A stretch of 64,000 nt of DNA from Candidatus Multivoradales bacterium (GTDB lineage Bacteria; Acidobacteriota; Thermoanaerobaculia; Multivoradales; Multivoraceae): positions 1,920,001 through 1,984,000 of the forward strand of contig CBDCWI010000001.1 in the NCBI GenBank assembly GCA_965223325.1, read 5' to 3'. Each line of letters starts with the position of its first letter. Within the stretch, counting starts at the first letter, position 1. The position numbers were made by a program, and so were the translations under genes. Shown here piece by piece: positions 1 through 8,351 of this stretch. The notes beneath the pieces were generated by a model. It was not told where the DNA came from, did not search any database, and saw only the letters and a list, made by a program, of their open reading frames with translations.

Positions 1-74
1 TCTTCCATCTGTCGCATCCCTCAGCGGTCGCGCCGCCACCGTGCGCCCGCGCGAGAACTGACCCCAACACCCTC

Positions 75-1649
75 ATGGCCACATCACCCGACATCACCAC
101 CGCGGCCCTCGAGTCGCGCGCCTGGCCCTTCGCCGAAGCCCAGAAAGTCGTTGAACGCCTGGCGGGCACGACGCCTGAATACGCACTCTTCGAGACCGGC
201 TACGGGCCCTCCGGCTTGCCGCACCTGGGGACTTTCGGTGAGGTTGCCCGCACCACCATGGTGTTACGCGCCTTCGAACTGCTCAGCGACATCCCGGCGC
301 GCATGATCTGTTTCTCGGATGACATGGACGGCCTGCGCAAAGTCCCCGACAACATCCCCAACGCATTGGAGATGGCGCCGCACCTGGGCAAGCCGTTGAC
401 GGAGGTCCCCGACCCCTTTGGCACCCACGAGAGCTTCGGTGCGCACAACAACGCGCGCCTGCGTTCCTTCCTCGATCAGTTCGGTTTCGAGTACGAGTTC
501 TACTCGTCGACGGAGTGCTACAAGAGTGGCCGTTTTGACGACGCACTGCGCACCGTGCTCAGAAACTACGACCGCATCCTGAAGGTCATCCTGCCGACAC
601 TGGGTGAGGAGCGCCGCAAGACCTATTCGCCGTTTCTTCCTGTTTGCCCCAAGACGGGCATCGTGCTCCAGGTGCCGATGCTCGAGGTGGACGCTGATGC
701 CGCAACAGTCACCTTCGAGGACTCCGAAGGCGAGCGCCAGACGGTCTCGGTCACCGGGGGCAACGTCAAGTGCCAGTGGAAGGTCGACTGGGGGATGCGC
801 TGGCACGCCCTCGGTGTCGACTATGAAATGTCTGGCAAGGACCTGATGGAGTCGGTGAAGCTGTCGAGCACCATCTGTCGCATCCTCGGCAGCAAGCCGC
901 CAGAAGGCTTTACCTACGAACTGTTCCTCGACGAGAACGGCGAGAAGATCTCAAAGTCGAAGGGCAACGGCCTGACGATCGAAGAGTGGCTGCGCTACGG
1001 CACTCCCGAGAGCCTGTCGCTCTACATGTTCCAGAGCCCGCGCAAGGCCAAGAAGCTCTCCTTCGACGTTATCCCTCGCACGATGGACGACTATCGCACC
1101 TGGGTGCGCAAGTACCACGAGCAGGAGCAGGTCGACCGGTTCAAGAACCCGGCGTTTCATATCCACGGCGGCGATCCGTCGGCCGAGGACATGCCGATCG
1201 AGTTCTCGATTCTTCTCAATCTGGTAGCCGGAGCCCATGTCGAAGAAAAGGACGCGCTGTGGGGGTTCGTCTCCCGCTACCTGCCCGACGCATCGCCGGA
1301 AACGCACCCGACACTCGACCGAATGCTCGATCACGCGCTGCACTACTACCGCGACTTCATCCTGCCCAACCAACAGTTCCGCCCCGCCACCGACACCGAA
1401 GCCGAAGCGATGCGTGAGCTGGCAGTTGAGCTCGCGAAGATCCCGGAGGGTGTCGAGCCCGAGCAGTACCAGACCGTCGTCTATGAGGTCGGCAAGCGCT
1501 ATCCCTTCGATTCGCTGCGCGACTGGTTCTCCGCCCTCTACCAGGTGCTCCTCGGTCAGAAACAAGGTCCACGCATGGGCAGCTTCATCGCGGTTTATGG
1601 GCGCGACGAGACGATCGCGCTGATTGCAGAGAAGGTCGGCGAGGCCTAG
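75..1649 (+). CDS. lysS: Lysine--tRNA ligase, class I
   Basis: ETGYGPSGLPHLGTFGEV (HIGH-like) and KISKSKGN (KMSKS-like) motifs, GPRMGSF near the C-terminus, 524 aa. Confidence 0.95.
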   Translation: MATSPDITTAALESRAWPFAEAQKVVERLAGTTPEYALFETGYGPSGLPHLGTFGEVARTTMVLRAFELLSDIPARMICFSDDMDGLRKVPDNIPNALEMAPHLGKPLTEVPDPFGTHESFGAHNNARLRSFLDQFGFEYEFYSSTECYKSGRFDDALRTVLRNYDRILKVILPTLGEERRKTYSPFLPVCPKTGIVLQVPMLEVDADAATVTFEDSEGERQTVSVTGGNVKCQWKVDWGMRWHALGVDYEMSGKDLMESVKLSSTICRILGSKPPEGFTYELFLDENGEKISKSKGNGLTIEEWLRYGTPESLSLYMFQSPRKAKKLSFDVIPRTMDDYRTWVRKYHEQEQVDRFKNPAFHIHGGDPSAEDMPIEFSILLNLVAGAHVEEKDALWGFVSRYLPDASPETHPTLDRMLDHALHYYRDFILPNQQFRPATDTEAEAMRELAVELAKIPEGVEPEQYQTVVYEVGKRYPFDSLRDWFSALYQVLLGQKQGPRMGSFIAVYGRDETIALIAEKVGEA

Positions 1650-1748
1650 CGACCCGGGCATCCGACGCACCTTCGGCTCGCTCCGAGAAGGGCCACAGCC
1701 ACCCAACGCCCAACACCGTCGACCGAAGAGGCGCGGTATCGTCGGCGA

Positions 1749-2252
1749 ATGAGCGACTCAGCCGCCACACTCTGCCTCCGCCCCGCCGAAGCGTCTGACA
1801 CGGCCCTCGTCCTCCGGTTCATTCGCGAACTGGCGGAGTACGAAAAGCTGCTCGACGAGGTGGTGGCAACCGAGGAGATGATCCGTGAGGCGCTCTTCGG
1901 CGACCACCCGACCATTGAGGTGACGATCGCTCTATGGCAAGGCGAACCGGCGGGCTTCGCGCTCTACTTCCACAACTTCTCGACTGTCCTGGGCAGGCAC
2001 GGCATCTACCTGGAAGACCTCTTCGTTCGGCCAGCGTTTCGGGGCCGGGGAATCGGCAAGGCGCTACTGGCGCATCTGGCACGCCTGGCGGTCGAACGCG
2101 GCTGCGGACGCCTGGAATGGGCGGTGCTCGACTGGAACGAACCGGCGATTGGTTTCTATCAGTCGATTGGCGCCCGCACGGTCGACGAATGGACGGCCTT
2201 CCGCCTGAGCGGCAAGGCACTCTCCGAACTCGCCGCAGAGCACCTCGCATGA
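1749..2252 (+). CDS. GNAT N-acetyltransferase (SSAT/diamine acetyltransferase-like)
   Basis: IRELAEYEK, YLEDLFVRPAFRGRGIGKALL acetyl-CoA motif, LDWNEPAIGFY. Stop overlaps the next start (ATGA). Confidence 0.9.
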   Translation: MSDSAATLCLRPAEASDTALVLRFIRELAEYEKLLDEVVATEEMIREALFGDHPTIEVTIALWQGEPAGFALYFHNFSTVLGRHGIYLEDLFVRPAFRGRGIGKALLAHLARLAVERGCGRLEWAVLDWNEPAIGFYQSIGARTVDEWTAFRLSGKALSELAAEHLA

Positions 2253-3124
2253 GCGAAGCGCCCTACGTCCGCTACATGGAACGAACCCGCGATTGGTATC
2301 GCGCCCTCGGCTACCAGGTGGACTACCGCTGGGCCGAGCGGCACGCACCGGAACTCACACGGCTTGCCCAGCCGCTCGCCGACACCGTCGTCGCCCTCGT
2401 CACCACGGCCAGCCTCGCAGCGCCCGAAGGCTGGAGTGAGGGGCGCCCGAGCCTCGGGAAGCGGGTATGGTCGATTCCCCTCGACCGACTCCCCGAGAAC
2501 CTCTTTACCGACGACACCAGCTGGGCGAAAGAATCGACCCACACGGACGATCGCGAGTCGTACCTGCCGCTCGCCCACCTGGAGCGCGCCGCCCTCGAGA
2601 ACCGCATCGGTTCGCTCGCCCCGCGGGTCCATGGCCTCCCCACCGAATACTCACATCGCGCAACCGAAGAACGCGACGCCCCCGAACTCCTCCTTCGCCT
2701 GCGAAGAGACGGAGCACAAGCCGCCCTCTTCGTGCCACTGTGACCGGTTTGCCACCAGACCGTGAGTCTGGCCGCCAGGTACCTGGAAGAACGGGGCATC
2801 GCAACGGTAGTAGCGAGCTCTGCTCGAGACATCACGGAGCACTGTGGAGCGCCGCGGGTCCTGTTCACCAATCACCCGTTGGGTAACCCCATCGGCAGTC
2901 CCTGGGATCGGGCCACGCAGAGGGAAAACACCCAGCGTGCGCTCTCGCTGCTCGAGTCTGCGGTCTCCCCCGGGGAGACTGTGCTCTCGCCGACTGAATG
3001 GCAGGGGAAAGCCAGCTGGCAGCAGGCGTACATGAGCCTCGACGGCGAGGACCCAGAAGAACTGCTCGAGCGCGGACGAGCCCGGCGGCGTTTGCGAGAC
3101 GAGGCCAACGGCCGCACGCGATGA
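2249..3124 (+). CDS. Selenoprotein of the glycine/sarcosine/betaine/D-proline reductase selenoprotein B family (UGA read as Sec, codon 165)
   Basis: ATG 2249 is in frame with TGA 2741-2743 and with ORF 2762..3124. Read-through gives [30 protein letters not shown], the UxxC signature of the GrdB/PrdB family. SECIS-like hairpin just downstream; ATGA overlaps at both ends. Confidence 0.88.
2744..2775 (+). promoter_or_regulatory. Candidate bacterial SECIS element
   Basis: Stem CCAGAC (2755-2760) / GTCTGG (2766-2771) closing loop CGTGA. The loop begins 17 nt after the UGA and has G at position 2, matching bacterial SECIS geometry. Confidence 0.7.
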
Positions 3125-4284
3125 TCCCCGAGAGCCCAGCGATCCCCGTCAGAACGAAGCTGTCCGCTGCCGAAGTGGCCTGGTTCAGCGCCCTGTGCTC
3201 AGACGACTACGAGTTCCTCGGGGTCCCTGATGGCAGACTGCGTAGCTCCTTCGCGCATTGCGCAGCGATCGTGCGTTCCGCCGACCGGCTTGGTTACGAC
3301 AACATCCTCCTGCCGAGCAGCTATCAGGTCGGCCAGGACCCACTCGTTTTTGCAGGCGCAGTCGCTCCGATGACCGAGCAGCTCTCCCTTCTGGCGGCAG
3401 TTCGTTGTGGTGAGGTGCACCCGCCCATGCTGGCGCGCGCGATTTCCACGCTCGACCATCTCCTCGAGGGTCGGCTGACGCTCAACATCATCTCTTCCGA
3501 CCTTCCGGGGGAAACGCTCGCGTCCGAAGCACGCTATCGCCGCTCGGCCGAAGTGATCGAGATTCTCCACCAGGCCTGGACCGCCGGGGCGATCGAGTTC
3601 CACGGTGAGTTCTACGACCTCGAGTTACCGACGACTGCACCGGTCGCGCCCTTCCAGCAGAACGGCGGTCCGCTCCTCTACTTCGGTGGCTACTCTGAAG
3701 CGGCGCGGGCCCTCTGTGCAAAACACTGCGACGTCTACCTCATGTGGCCCGATACCGAAGGCGGACTGGGCGCAACCATGCAGGACCTGGCCGAGCGCGC
3801 AGCAAAGTACGATCGCCAGCTCGACTTCGGACTGCGAATTCACGTCATTGTGCGCGAGACCGACGAAGCAGCGCGCCGGGCGGCAGATCGGCTGGTGTCG
3901 CGACTGGACGCCGAAGAAGGGTTGGCGATCAAGCAGCGCGCGCAAGACGGTGCTTCTGCCGGGGTGCTCCGCCAAGACGAACTGCGCAAGAAGAGCGACG
4001 ACGATTGGATCGAGCCCGAAGTGTGGAGCGGCATCGGTCGTGCGCGATCCGGCTGTGCAAGTGCCATTGTCGGTGACCCCGACACCGTGGCGCGCAAGCT
4101 CGAGCGCTACCTCGACCTGGGCATCCGCGCCTTCATCTTCTCCGGCTACCCCCACCTCGAAGAGTGCGAACTGTTCGCGCGCTATGTCCTCCCGAGGATT
4201 CCGCGCCTACGCCTCTCTGAGGTTCAGGGAAGGCGGCCCTCGAGCCCTCCTGAGACGCCCCTTACAACCGCCACGAGGCGCTAG
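3121..4284 (+). CDS. smoC: Luciferase-like FMN-dependent monooxygenase, sulfoquinovose monooxygenase (SmoC) type
   Basis: [56 protein letters not shown] and [13 protein letters not shown] closely match recalled Agrobacterium SmoC. True start is ATG 3121 (ATGA overlap), not 2998. Confidence 0.82.
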   Translation: MIPESPAIPVRTKLSAAEVAWFSALCSDDYEFLGVPDGRLRSSFAHCAAIVRSADRLGYDNILLPSSYQVGQDPLVFAGAVAPMTEQLSLLAAVRCGEVHPPMLARAISTLDHLLEGRLTLNIISSDLPGETLASEARYRRSAEVIEILHQAWTAGAIEFHGEFYDLELPTTAPVAPFQQNGGPLLYFGGYSEAARALCAKHCDVYLMWPDTEGGLGATMQDLAERAAKYDRQLDFGLRIHVIVRETDEAARRAADRLVSRLDAEEGLAIKQRAQDGASAGVLRQDELRKKSDDDWIEPEVWSGIGRARSGCASAIVGDPDTVARKLERYLDLGIRAFIFSGYPHLEECELFARYVLPRIPRLRLSEVQGRRPSSPPETPLTTATRR

Positions 4285-4300
4285 CCTTCAGAAGGTACCA

Positions 4301-5242
4301 ATGAGAAGAATTGCTCTTCACCGTAGCCAGACCGACTCTGGCGCCGAGCTATCACTTCCCGCCGTGACCTACGGCTGCTGGCGCCTGGCCGACGACCCCG
4401 CCGGAACAGAACCGGCGATCGTGCAGAAGAAGGTCGAGACCTGCCTCGAGCACGGCATCAGCGCCTTCGACCACGCCGACATCTACGGCGACTACCGGTG
4501 CGAGGCACTCTTCGGAGACCTCCTCGCGCAGCAACCACAGCTCCGCGAACAGATCCAGTTGATCAGCAAGACCGACATCGCACTCGTCTCGGCGTCGCGC
4601 CCCGAACATCGGGTCAAGCACTACGACACCTCGGCGCGGCACATCGAAGAGTCGGTCGAGCGCTCGCTCAGAAACCTTCGAGCCGAAACCCTGGACCTCC
4701 TCCTGCTGCACCGGCCCGACCCCCTGATGGACGCCGACGAGACGGCCCATGCCCTGCAGGCACTCTTCGAGAGCGGCAAGGTCACCCACTTCGGGGTCTC
4801 CAACTTCCCCTCGTCACAGTTCGAGCTCCTTCAGGCCCGCCTGGACCTGCCGCTGGTCACGAACCAGATCGAGCTGTCACTCCTCGAACACGCAGCATGC
4901 ACGAACGGCACCCTCGACTTCCTGGCGCAACACCGCATTGCACCGATGGCCTGGTCCCCTCTTGGCGGTGGACGCTTGTTTACGGGCTCCAGCGACCGAA
5001 TACGCGGCGTACGTTCGGTGCTCGACGCCCTGGCAGTGGAACGCGAGCTCGAGGTCTCCGACCGCTCGCGCATGCAACTCGCCCTGGCGTGGATCCTGCG
5101 CCTTCCTTCGCAGCCGATCGTGGTCATTGGAACCAACAAATCGCAACGCATCGCCGCCTCGGCTGAGGCTTCCGAGATCGAACTCAGTCGCCAGGAGTGG
5201 TTCCGGCTCTACGAAGCTGCTCTAGGCCAGGAAGTTCCGTGA
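4301..5242 (+). CDS. smoB: Aldo/keto reductase, 6-oxo-glucose reductase (SmoB) type
   Basis: FDHADIYGDY, RVKHYDTS, LLLHRPDPLMDADET, GVSNF, NQIELS, PMAWSPLGGG. Directly follows the smoC-like gene. Start ATG 4301 lies inside the longer track ORF. Confidence 0.78.
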   Translation: MRRIALHRSQTDSGAELSLPAVTYGCWRLADDPAGTEPAIVQKKVETCLEHGISAFDHADIYGDYRCEALFGDLLAQQPQLREQIQLISKTDIALVSASRPEHRVKHYDTSARHIEESVERSLRNLRAETLDLLLLHRPDPLMDADETAHALQALFESGKVTHFGVSNFPSSQFELLQARLDLPLVTNQIELSLLEHAACTNGTLDFLAQHRIAPMAWSPLGGGRLFTGSSDRIRGVRSVLDALAVERELEVSDRSRMQLALAWILRLPSQPIVVIGTNKSQRIAASAEASEIELSRQEWFRLYEAALGQEVP

Positions 5243-5294
5243 CTGGCAGATGACGGTTCCAGGCACTTCCTTCCAACAACCGGAAGTGGGCTAG

Positions 5295-7097
5295 ATGCTT
5301 CAAACCCTCGATCTGGTCGTCTTCTTCGCCGCTCTCGCTGCGGTGATGGGGATCGGCCTGTGGGCGGCCCGCAACGAAGACACGAGTGAGGATTTTTTCC
5401 TCGCCGGCCGCACCATTCGTTGGTGGGGTGTGGCCGGTTCGGTCTTTGGCTCGAACGTCAGCGCCAACCACCTTGTGGGAATGCTCGGCATTGGCTTCTC
5501 GATCGGTTTCGCCCAAAGCCATTTCGAACTCGGCGCCATTGCCGCCTTGATGCTCCTGGCCTACGGCTTCCTACCGGTCTACCGCAAACTCGGGGTCTAC
5601 ACCCTGTCGAGCTACCTCGGCCAGCGCTACGACGGTCGAAGTCAAACGCTCTATGCGCTCATTCTCCTGGTGGTTGCAGTCGTTCAGCTGACGGCCGGCT
5701 TCTACATCGGCTCGCGCTCACTCGGGCTCCTGCTCTCGGGCACCGTGCTCGAGCTGAGCTACGCCGTCGGAGTCGTCGCGCTGGTCATCGTGACCGCGAC
5801 CTACACGGTCGTCGGCGGGCTCAAAGCTGTCATCTACACCGATGTCATGCAGTCGATTCTGCTCTTGTTTGCCGGGGTCGGGATTGCGATCCTGACCTTC
5901 CAACAGCCGGAAGTGGGTGGCTGGCTGGGCATGATGGCGCACGACGGTGCCCGCCAGGTCGCTGAGCAGAAGATGCACCTCTACCTGCCGAGCTCGCACC
6001 CCGACTTGCCGTGGTCGGGAACGCTCTCGGGGCTTCTGCTCTTGCACTGCTTCTACTGGTCGACCAACCAGACCATCGTGCAGCGCACCCTCGCTGCACA
6101 CTCGGACCGCGACGCGCGCCTGGGCATTATCGTCGCCGGCTTTCTGAAGCTGCTCATTCCGTTCTTTGCGATCGCCGGCGGTGTGGCGGCGGCGCAGCTT
6201 TTCGAGATCCGCTTTCCCGATCGTCTGATCGACCCCGACGCGGCGACCCCAGAGCTCATTCGAACGGTCGTCCCGGCCGGTTACGGATTGGTAGGCATCG
6301 TGATGGCAGGGCTGTTGGGTGCCATTCTGTCGTCGATCGACTCGCTGGTGAACTCGGCCTCGACGCTTTTCACCTTCGACATCTACAAACGCTTTGTGAA
6401 ACCCGAGGCGGACGACAAGGAGTGTCTCCTGGTGGGCAAAGTGGTGCTCACCGTTCTTCTGCTCGTGTCGGCGACCCTCGCGCTCCTGACCTATGACCCC
6501 ACCGGTGGCGGCAACTTCTTCCTGCGGGTTTCGAGTCAGGCCGGCCATTTCACCCCCGGCCTGGTAACCGCCTTCGCGCTCGGCATGTTCTGGCGCGGCG
6601 CCAAGGCAAGGGGGGCCGCGGTTTCGATTGTGCTCGCACCCGTCTTTTCCTGGGGCATCGTTGCCGCCCACCATGCCTGGTTCGGCACCGTGCCCTGGAT
6701 CGCCTCGTTGCTCGGTAGTGACCTGAACTTCCTGCACCGCGTCCTGGCCACGGTGCTCTTTGCTGCCCTGGTTCACATCCTGGTGAGTCGCCTTTCTCCG
6801 AGCAGCAGCGATAGCGCGGTTGGCGAACGGTTCACCTTCTTCGCTCTCTCGGGTGCCGACCCTGTCCAGTTCAGCCGGCTCCTGGGAGTCCTCGTTGGGC
6901 TCGCGATCGCCTGGCTGGTACTCGGCATCACCGTCGATCGCGGCATGGTCTCGAACAGTTTCGCTGCTCTGGTCGCTGCCGCCACCGCCTGGATACCTTT
7001 CGCGCCCTATCTCGTTGGCCGGTCCCTTCGCGACGACCGTTGGTGGGCGGCCACCCTCTGTAGCGCCACCATGGCCATCATGTTCTTCTTTTTCTAG
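5295..7097 (+). CDS. Sodium:solute symporter (SSS/SLC5), probable sulfoquinovose/SQ-glycoside importer
   Basis: EDFFLAGR, YTVVGGLKAVIYTDVMQ, YWSTNQTIVQRTLAA, SSIDSLVNSASTLFTFDIY; many TM helices. Substrate inferred from context. Confidence 0.9.
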   Translation: MLQTLDLVVFFAALAAVMGIGLWAARNEDTSEDFFLAGRTIRWWGVAGSVFGSNVSANHLVGMLGIGFSIGFAQSHFELGAIAALMLLAYGFLPVYRKLGVYTLSSYLGQRYDGRSQTLYALILLVVAVVQLTAGFYIGSRSLGLLLSGTVLELSYAVGVVALVIVTATYTVVGGLKAVIYTDVMQSILLLFAGVGIAILTFQQPEVGGWLGMMAHDGARQVAEQKMHLYLPSSHPDLPWSGTLSGLLLLHCFYWSTNQTIVQRTLAAHSDRDARLGIIVAGFLKLLIPFFAIAGGVAAAQLFEIRFPDRLIDPDAATPELIRTVVPAGYGLVGIVMAGLLGAILSSIDSLVNSASTLFTFDIYKRFVKPEADDKECLLVGKVVLTVLLLVSATLALLTYDPTGGGNFFLRVSSQAGHFTPGLVTAFALGMFWRGAKARGAAVSIVLAPVFSWGIVAAHHAWFGTVPWIASLLGSDLNFLHRVLATVLFAALVHILVSRLSPSSSDSAVGERFTFFALSGADPVQFSRLLGVLVGLAIAWLVLGITVDRGMVSNSFAALVAAATAWIPFAPYLVGRSLRDDRWWAATLCSATMAIMFFFF

Positions 7098-8235
7098 CGC
7101 TGCGGACTGCCGCGTCTTCGAGTAGCTCCGACATCTCGACCGGGCGACCCAACTCGATCGATCGATGGGCCGCGCAACCAATCGCCACCGCCTGCGTCCC
7201 GTCTGCAACGCCGACTTCGACCGGCCCGTCGCCTGCGATTGCCATGAGGAAAGCGCGGTGCTGCCAGTAGGTCGCACCATGGTGGTGACCGGCGGCGAGT
7301 AGCCGTTCGTCGATGTCGATCGTCTCGCTCGTCACCCGATCCGGCCGCATGCCAACGAACCCATGTTTGTCCGTCGCTTGCATCGCGAGATCACGCCGGC
7401 CAATACGAACCGTCGAATCCGGTAGCAGGCACTCGAGTTTGCCGGCATCTCCGGTGACCGAGATCTCCTGTTCGTGAAGTGAGGCTTCGGCGAACATACA
7501 GAGGTCGAGTGACGCGCGGATGCCTCCGTCGAAATCGACGACGACAAACGCGTTGTCGAGAATGTCGGGCACCTCGCCGTCGTAGCGCTCGTCGAGATGG
7601 TTGACATCTTGCGCACCACTGGCGTAGACCCGCTGAGGTGCCGCTCCCGTGATGCGAGCCATCAAATCGAAGAAGTGGCAGCATTTCTCCACCAGCGTTC
7701 CGCCGGTGTTGCGATTGAAGCGGTTCCAGTCACCGACTTTGGGAAGAAACGGAAAGCGGTGCTCACGGATCGCCACCATGCGCACTCGTCCTACCGTGCC
7801 GGCGTCGACTTCTTGGATGAGCCGCGCCACCGGTGGCATGTAGCGGTACTCCATACCGATCCACACCACCCCGTCATGGCTCGCTGCCTTTTCTTCGACC
7901 ACCCGACAATCAGCCAGGGTCGTACACATCGGCTTCTCTACCAGCAGATGGAGCCCACTCCCCCACAACCCGTCCAGAACCTCGGCATGGGTGTGGTTTG
8001 GCGAGGCGATCACCACAGCATCGACCAGACCGGAGCGCGCCAGCTCGAGGTGATCCTCGAAAGAAACGGGCTCGGCCGTTGGGTTGAGTGACAGGTGCAG
8101 GTCTTCCGCCCACTTCCGCGACCGTGGATGCGGGTCGCAAATCGCGGTGACCTCGGCGCCAGGGAGCAGCGCGATGTTGCGCATGTGCTCGAGGCCCATG
8201 AGACCCGTTCCAACGATGCCGTAGCGTGTAGTCAT
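7078..8235 (-). CDS. Gfo/Idh/MocA oxidoreductase, probable NAD+-dependent sulfoquinovosidase (GH188-like)
   Basis: GIVGTGLMG Rossmann motif, EKPM, REHRFPFLPKVGDWNRFNRNTGGTLVEKCCHFFDLM. Convergent with the smoCB-SSS operon with a 20 bp overlap. Family is secure; SQase function is inferred. Confidence 0.75.
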   Translation of the reverse strand: MTTRYGIVGTGLMGLEHMRNIALLPGAEVTAICDPHPRSRKWAEDLHLSLNPTAEPVSFEDHLELARSGLVDAVVIASPNHTHAEVLDGLWGSGLHLLVEKPMCTTLADCRVVEEKAASHDGVVWIGMEYRYMPPVARLIQEVDAGTVGRVRMVAIREHRFPFLPKVGDWNRFNRNTGGTLVEKCCHFFDLMARITGAAPQRVYASGAQDVNHLDERYDGEVPDILDNAFVVVDFDGGIRASLDLCMFAEASLHEQEISVTGDAGKLECLLPDSTVRIGRRDLAMQATDKHGFVGMRPDRVTSETIDIDERLLAAGHHHGATYWQHRAFLMAIAGDGPVEVGVADGTQAVAIGCAAHRSIELGRPVEMSELLEDAAVRSARKRRT

Positions 8236-8351
8236 TGCCAGTGAGGTGCCCCGGTCTGTCGGGTTGGTTGCGAGGATTCCGTCGGAAGGGTATCGCTCCT
8301 TCCGCGCCGAAAACCGATCTGGCTACCAAGGGCCGATCGACCTGCAAGTCC

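Noticed and set aside
1670-1692. Hairpin CCTTCGG...CCGAGAAGG after lysS as a terminator
   Set aside because: Imperfect stem with no U-tract; not enough to call.
1934-2743. Track ORF of 269 aa and separate 120-aa ORF at 2762
   Set aside because: The first 105 codons are an out-of-frame shadow of the GNAT gene. The real gene starts at 2249 and continues through the UGA as one selenoprotein.
3605-4300. Long N-terminal extension on the aldo/keto reductase (545 aa track ORF)
   Set aside because: Ser/Arg/Thr-rich alternative frame overlapping smoC; the AKR fold begins at ATG 4301.
5718-7280. 520-aa antisense ORF (likewise 16835..18187, 43788..45353, 58575..59765)
   Set aside because: Antisense shadows of well-supported genes, expected in high-GC DNA; no recognisable motifs.
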